This document shows positions 56,209 to 58,804 of a stretch of 58,804 bases of DNA, piece by piece (position 1 is the first letter of the stretch; the number at the start of each line of letters is the position of its first letter). Under the pieces are notes generated by a model. That model saw only the letters and a list, made by a program, of their open reading frames with translations, searched no databases and was not told the DNA's origin. The position numbers and the translations under genes were made by a program. This stretch comes from a virus (Duplodnaviria; Caudoviricetes), in IMG/VR virus record IMGVR_UViG_3300033150_000453, positions 1 to 58,804 of that record; one strand, given 5' to 3'.

Positions 56209-56285
56209 GGTAGAAGGCTGATGATGATGAACATGCCGACGAACCCAATCAGGGCTACGCGGAGGATGATACTTGTGAAACTCAT
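56205..56285 (-). CDS. Single-helix membrane micro-protein (26 aa), not in ORF track
   Basis: MSFTSIILRVALIGFVGMFIIISLLP; ATGA overlaps at both ends. Confidence 0.55.
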   Translation of the reverse strand: MSFTSIILRVALIGFVGMFIIISLLP

Positions 56286-56683
56286 GGCAGGAGGGTGTCG
56301 ATTGTCTTAATCATACTTTCAACGTCGTCGGTGTTCCATCCTTCTACGGCCCGGAACGTACACAGCTCGTCGAGCATTCCTATCAGGGATTGCTTGAGTT
56401 CCAAGCGCCGGGCATACTCCGCCGCTTGCTCGGCGGCGAGCAACAGCTCGTCGACGGGATAGATGAATACAATGGTGGCCGCCCCGTATGGCATCCACGC
56501 GTCGTCGTGTAGATACCGGCCCCGGCAACCCGTGAAGCCAACTAATTCTCTCGCTTTGCGCCACACCTGACTGTCGGTGGCGTCGTCAGGAACGGTGAAC
56601 GTATGCCGCTCAACACGGCTGTAGTTGCCGCTCCATTGGTAGCCATCGTGGATGGCGTCGGTACTCTCAACTGTATAGGTCAT
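56282..56683 (-). CDS. Hypothetical protein
   Basis: Early-region ORF. Confidence 0.6.
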   Translation of the reverse strand: MTYTVESTDAIHDGYQWSGNYSRVERHTFTVPDDATDSQVWRKARELVGFTGCRGRYLHDDAWMPYGAATIVFIYPVDELLLAAEQAAEYARRLELKQSLIGMLDELCTFRAVEGWNTDDVESMIKTIDTLLP

Positions 56684-56888
56684 CGAACATCTCTTTTGCG
56701 CGGCCCATCAGTCGGTGCCACAGGTGAGGCTCCACGAGGAGCAGCTTGTCCTTGTTCTCTTCGAGCCACGCGTCCTTGCTCTCGGCCATCTGTTGAAGGC
56801 CGATGCGCAACGCTTGGTCGAAGACGCCGGGCAGGATAGGATGCTCCTTCGCCGCCTCGTCCATGAGTTTGGATAGTGGGTGTTTCAT
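56667..56888 (-). CDS. Hypothetical protein
   Basis: Early-region ORF. Confidence 0.55.
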   Translation of the reverse strand: MKHPLSKLMDEAAKEHPILPGVFDQALRIGLQQMAESKDAWLEENKDKLLLVEPHLWHRLMGRAKEMFDDLYS

Positions 56889-57565
56889 TGTATTGTCCCT
56901 CGTTTGTTGGTTTGGAACATGGGGGTGAGGAAGCCCATCTTCTCTAATTCAAAAGGTCTGATGAGTCGGCACATACGCTTGGCATGCTCGATGTCGTCGG
57001 TGTTGGCGCGGTAGTATTGGTTGCCCACTAACTCTCCGGCAAAGCGGAACACGATGTCCTTGGTTCGCTCGTTGTGTTGCAACTCCATAAACCACGCACG
57101 CTTGCCGAGTACGTTGTTCTCCCGAAGCCACTCCTTGGTGAAGACTTCTTTGTTGCGTAGGCAACTGCGGATGTGACTGTTGTACCACACGACGCGGTAA
57201 TAGGTATCACCACTGATACCTGAGTCGAAGCGGTCACCCCGGTCTCGATACGCTCTCGCGCCCTCGATGGCCTCGGTGTCGTCGGCATAGCAGACGTAGA
57301 CGAAAGGGTACGGCTTACCGTGCCTGCCTTGGTCACCAATCCATATCGCCACGCCGTCCCTACGCTTGTAAGTGGTGGGGCAGATGATGGTGCAGGTGAA
57401 CTCCTCGTCAGCCTTACTGCGAGAAATGGCACGTTGCATAGCCTCGTTGCAGGTGAAGATGTCGTAGCCGTGGTCGTCCTCAACGTCGCCGTGGAGGTAT
57501 GACCACGCGGCACGGAACTTGCCTCGGTGTATGTTGTCGAAGGTGGTGGGGTATACTATCCGCAT
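56885..57565 (-). CDS. Hypothetical protein
   Basis: 226-aa ORF, TGATG coupled. Confidence 0.6.
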   Translation of the reverse strand: MRIVYPTTFDNIHRGKFRAAWSYLHGDVEDDHGYDIFTCNEAMQRAISRSKADEEFTCTIICPTTYKRRDGVAIWIGDQGRHGKPYPFVYVCYADDTEAIEGARAYRDRGDRFDSGISGDTYYRVVWYNSHIRSCLRNKEVFTKEWLRENNVLGKRAWFMELQHNERTKDIVFRFAGELVGNQYYRANTDDIEHAKRMCRLIRPFELEKMGFLTPMFQTNKRGTIQ

Positions 57566-58044
57566 CAGAACTCTCCTTTGTCACGTGGTACCACTTGGAT
57601 GCAGTCGATGCCGTTGGCCCGCCACATATCGACAACCTGATTGCGGTCGTCGTAAACCCTCTCGATGAGGTCTTCGCCACCCTTGCGGATGTTGTCCAAC
57701 AACTCTTGCTTGAACACGTTGTCGGGGCGATAGTCCCCGTCCTTGCGCATATAGAGCGCGTCGTAGTGGATGCCGTACTGCGCGAGCCACTGCTCGGTCA
57801 CGTCCCTGTTCTTGTCGTTGCGGGCAGAGACGATGACGATGTGTTTGCCCCGCTCTCGCCAGTCCCTGAGGACACTGACCACCAACTCGTTGGGTACGTC
57901 GAGACGCAGGATGTTGTCGGGGTTCTGCCACGCCGCCCACCACGCTTGGCGTTCGTTGCTTGGGTATGGGGCCTGTGCTTCGTCTGCCGCTTGGCGTCTG
58001 CGGTCGACGTTGGCAATGGTGCCGTCTAAATCGAATAGAATCAT
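57565..58044 (-). CDS. HAD-family phosphatase (T4 PNK 3'-phosphatase-like)
   Basis: LFDLDGTIA, VSAR, LYMRKDGDYRPDNVFKQE, YDDRNQVVDMWRANGIDCIQV. Confidence 0.9.
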   Translation of the reverse strand: MILFDLDGTIANVDRRRQAADEAQAPYPSNERQAWWAAWQNPDNILRLDVPNELVVSVLRDWRERGKHIVIVSARNDKNRDVTEQWLAQYGIHYDALYMRKDGDYRPDNVFKQELLDNIRKGGEDLIERVYDDRNQVVDMWRANGIDCIQVVPRDKGEF

Positions 58045-58046
58045 GG

Positions 58047-58060
58047 TTAATCCGGATTAA
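58047..58060. promoter_or_regulatory. Palindrome TTAATCCGGATTAA, copy 4
   Basis: 2 nt before the phosphatase ATG; supplies the stop codon of the upstream ORF. Confidence 0.75.
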
Positions 58061-58223
58061 TTGTGCGTGTCGAAAGCTCGTCCCTGACTGCGTTGCGCAG
58101 TTCAAGGAACTCAGGCGAGAGCCAACCCTCGCACTTGTCTGCCATCTCTGATATGGCTGTCAACTCTTCAGTCGGTAGGCGCTTAGCCGCTCGCTTGCAA
58201 ATGTTGTAGTGTGGTGTGCTCAT
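58047..58223 (-). CDS. Small protein (58 aa), not in ORF track
   Basis: MSTPHYNICKRAAKRLPTEEL...RTINPD*; bracketed by two palindromes. Confidence 0.6.
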   Translation of the reverse strand: MSTPHYNICKRAAKRLPTEELTAISEMADKCEGWLSPEFLELRNAVRDELSTRTINPD

Positions 58224-58228
58224 CTGAA

Positions 58229-58242
58229 TTAATCCGGATTAA
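58229..58242. promoter_or_regulatory. Palindrome TTAATCCGGATTAA, copy 5
   Basis: Between promoter and the ATG at 58223. Confidence 0.78.
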
Positions 58243-58285
58243 TCGGCTCCGGGTGCCGCCTATTTGTTCCTTGAATAATGATAGC

Positions 58286-58316
58286 GCAATATACGTAGAT
58301 TATATGGATATTACAA
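58286..58316 (-). promoter_or_regulatory. Bacteroidota-type early promoter (TTG-N20-TATATTGC)
   Basis: Third copy of the same architecture. Confidence 0.75.
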
Positions 58317-58358
58317 GAAATAAGTAAGAAATCTGCATGGGGTAAGTGCAGGTTTTTC

Positions 58359-58502
58359 GCGTCCCTGACTCGGAGCGTGGGAAGCGTCCCTGACCCGCAC
58401 TCGCAGAGCGAGCGCGTCCCTGACTCGGAGCAGGGGAACGAAGGGAGAGGGTCGCAGAGCGAGCGCGTCCCTGACTCGGAGCAGGGGAACGAAGGGAGAG
58501 GG
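58359..58502. repeat. GCGTCCCTGAC direct repeats and a 51-bp tandem duplication
   Basis: GTCCCTGAC at 58361, 58386, 58416, 58467; 58401-58451 equals 58452-58502. Confidence 0.88.
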
Positions 58503-58512
58503 AGGGCCGGGG

Positions 58513-58526
58513 TTAATCCGGATTAA
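58513..58526. promoter_or_regulatory. Palindrome TTAATCCGGATTAA, copy 6
   Basis: Non-coding, beside the repeat block. Confidence 0.7.
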
Positions 58527-58547
58527 TCAGAGCAGAAACAACGGGGC

Positions 58548-58582
58548 AAAAAAATACCCCGCACCGGGTAGGTGCGGGGTAT
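58548..58582 (-). terminator. Rho-independent terminator
   Basis: ATACCCCGCACC/GGTGCGGGGTAT stem with a T run on the - strand. Confidence 0.82.
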
Positions 58583-58599
58583 GTGGGGGGCGCGGGGCC

Positions 58600-58804
58600 T
58601 TAGGCGTTGACCGGGGCGGGGATGATGATTTCCACGCCACACTCGGCCGCCAATTCTTCGATGCATTCGAGGAAATTAGCTCGGGCCGTGTCGCCAAATC
58701 GGAGAGGCACCGTAATCGTCACGCGGTTGGTGTCCTTGCCTTTCGTGACCGTCGTATGAGTCCGCTCAGGTGCCGGGCCGGCTTTTTCGGTGGCCTTAGC
58801 CGCG
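58600..58804 (-). CDS. 3' end of a hypothetical gene (truncated by window)
   Basis: Open frame ...NFLECIEELAAECGVEIIIPAPVNA* followed by the terminator. Confidence 0.5.
   Translation of the reverse strand, partial: AAKATEKAGPAPERTHTTVTKGKDTNRVTITVPLRFGDTARANFLECIEELAAECGVEIIIPAPVNA

Noticed and set aside
58359-58502. CRISPR mini-array
   Set aside because: Repeats are short and irregularly spaced, the intervening sequence is itself duplicated rather than unique, and no cas genes are recognisable
1-58804. Stop-codon reassignment
   Set aside because: Core genes are full length and tightly packed under the standard code, and TAA, TGA and TAG all end genes
1-58804. Prophage boundaries, integrase, tRNA or rRNA genes
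   Set aside because: None recognisable; groEL and groES are divergent and embedded among phage genes, so they are not a host flank

Overview
The window is most of one tailed-phage genome, probably infecting a high-GC Bacteroidota (Flavobacteriales-like) host. It has a podovirus-type layout reminiscent of chaperonin-encoding marine flavobacterial phages. The + strand (1-41.8 kb) is the late block: groEL 3' end and groES, small basic proteins, four paralogous decoration/fibre genes, an M15 endolysin, terminase, portal, scaffold, major capsid, tail ring and nozzle proteins, and three probable ejection proteins ending in a 3218-aa polyvalent protein. The - strand (41.8-58.8 kb) is the early/replication block: VRR-NUC nuclease, SNF2-like helicase, primase-helicase, exonuclease, Sak-like annealase, ParB-like protein, RadC/JAB, HAD phosphatase and many small ORFs. 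The most unusual observations are: (1) a phage gene for an apparent host type IX secretion substrate with a signal peptide, ten D-T-[VIT] motifs and a type B CTD; (2) an FtsK-gamma domain plus an HExxH motif inside the giant virion protein; (3) a perfect 14-bp palindrome TTAATCCGGATTAA seen six times, only in the early block and mostly next to start codons; (4) a cassette-like array of four paralogues sharing an N-terminal anchor; (5) apparent avoidance of GATC and CCWGG. All family assignments come from motif recognition by eye; no database search was run.
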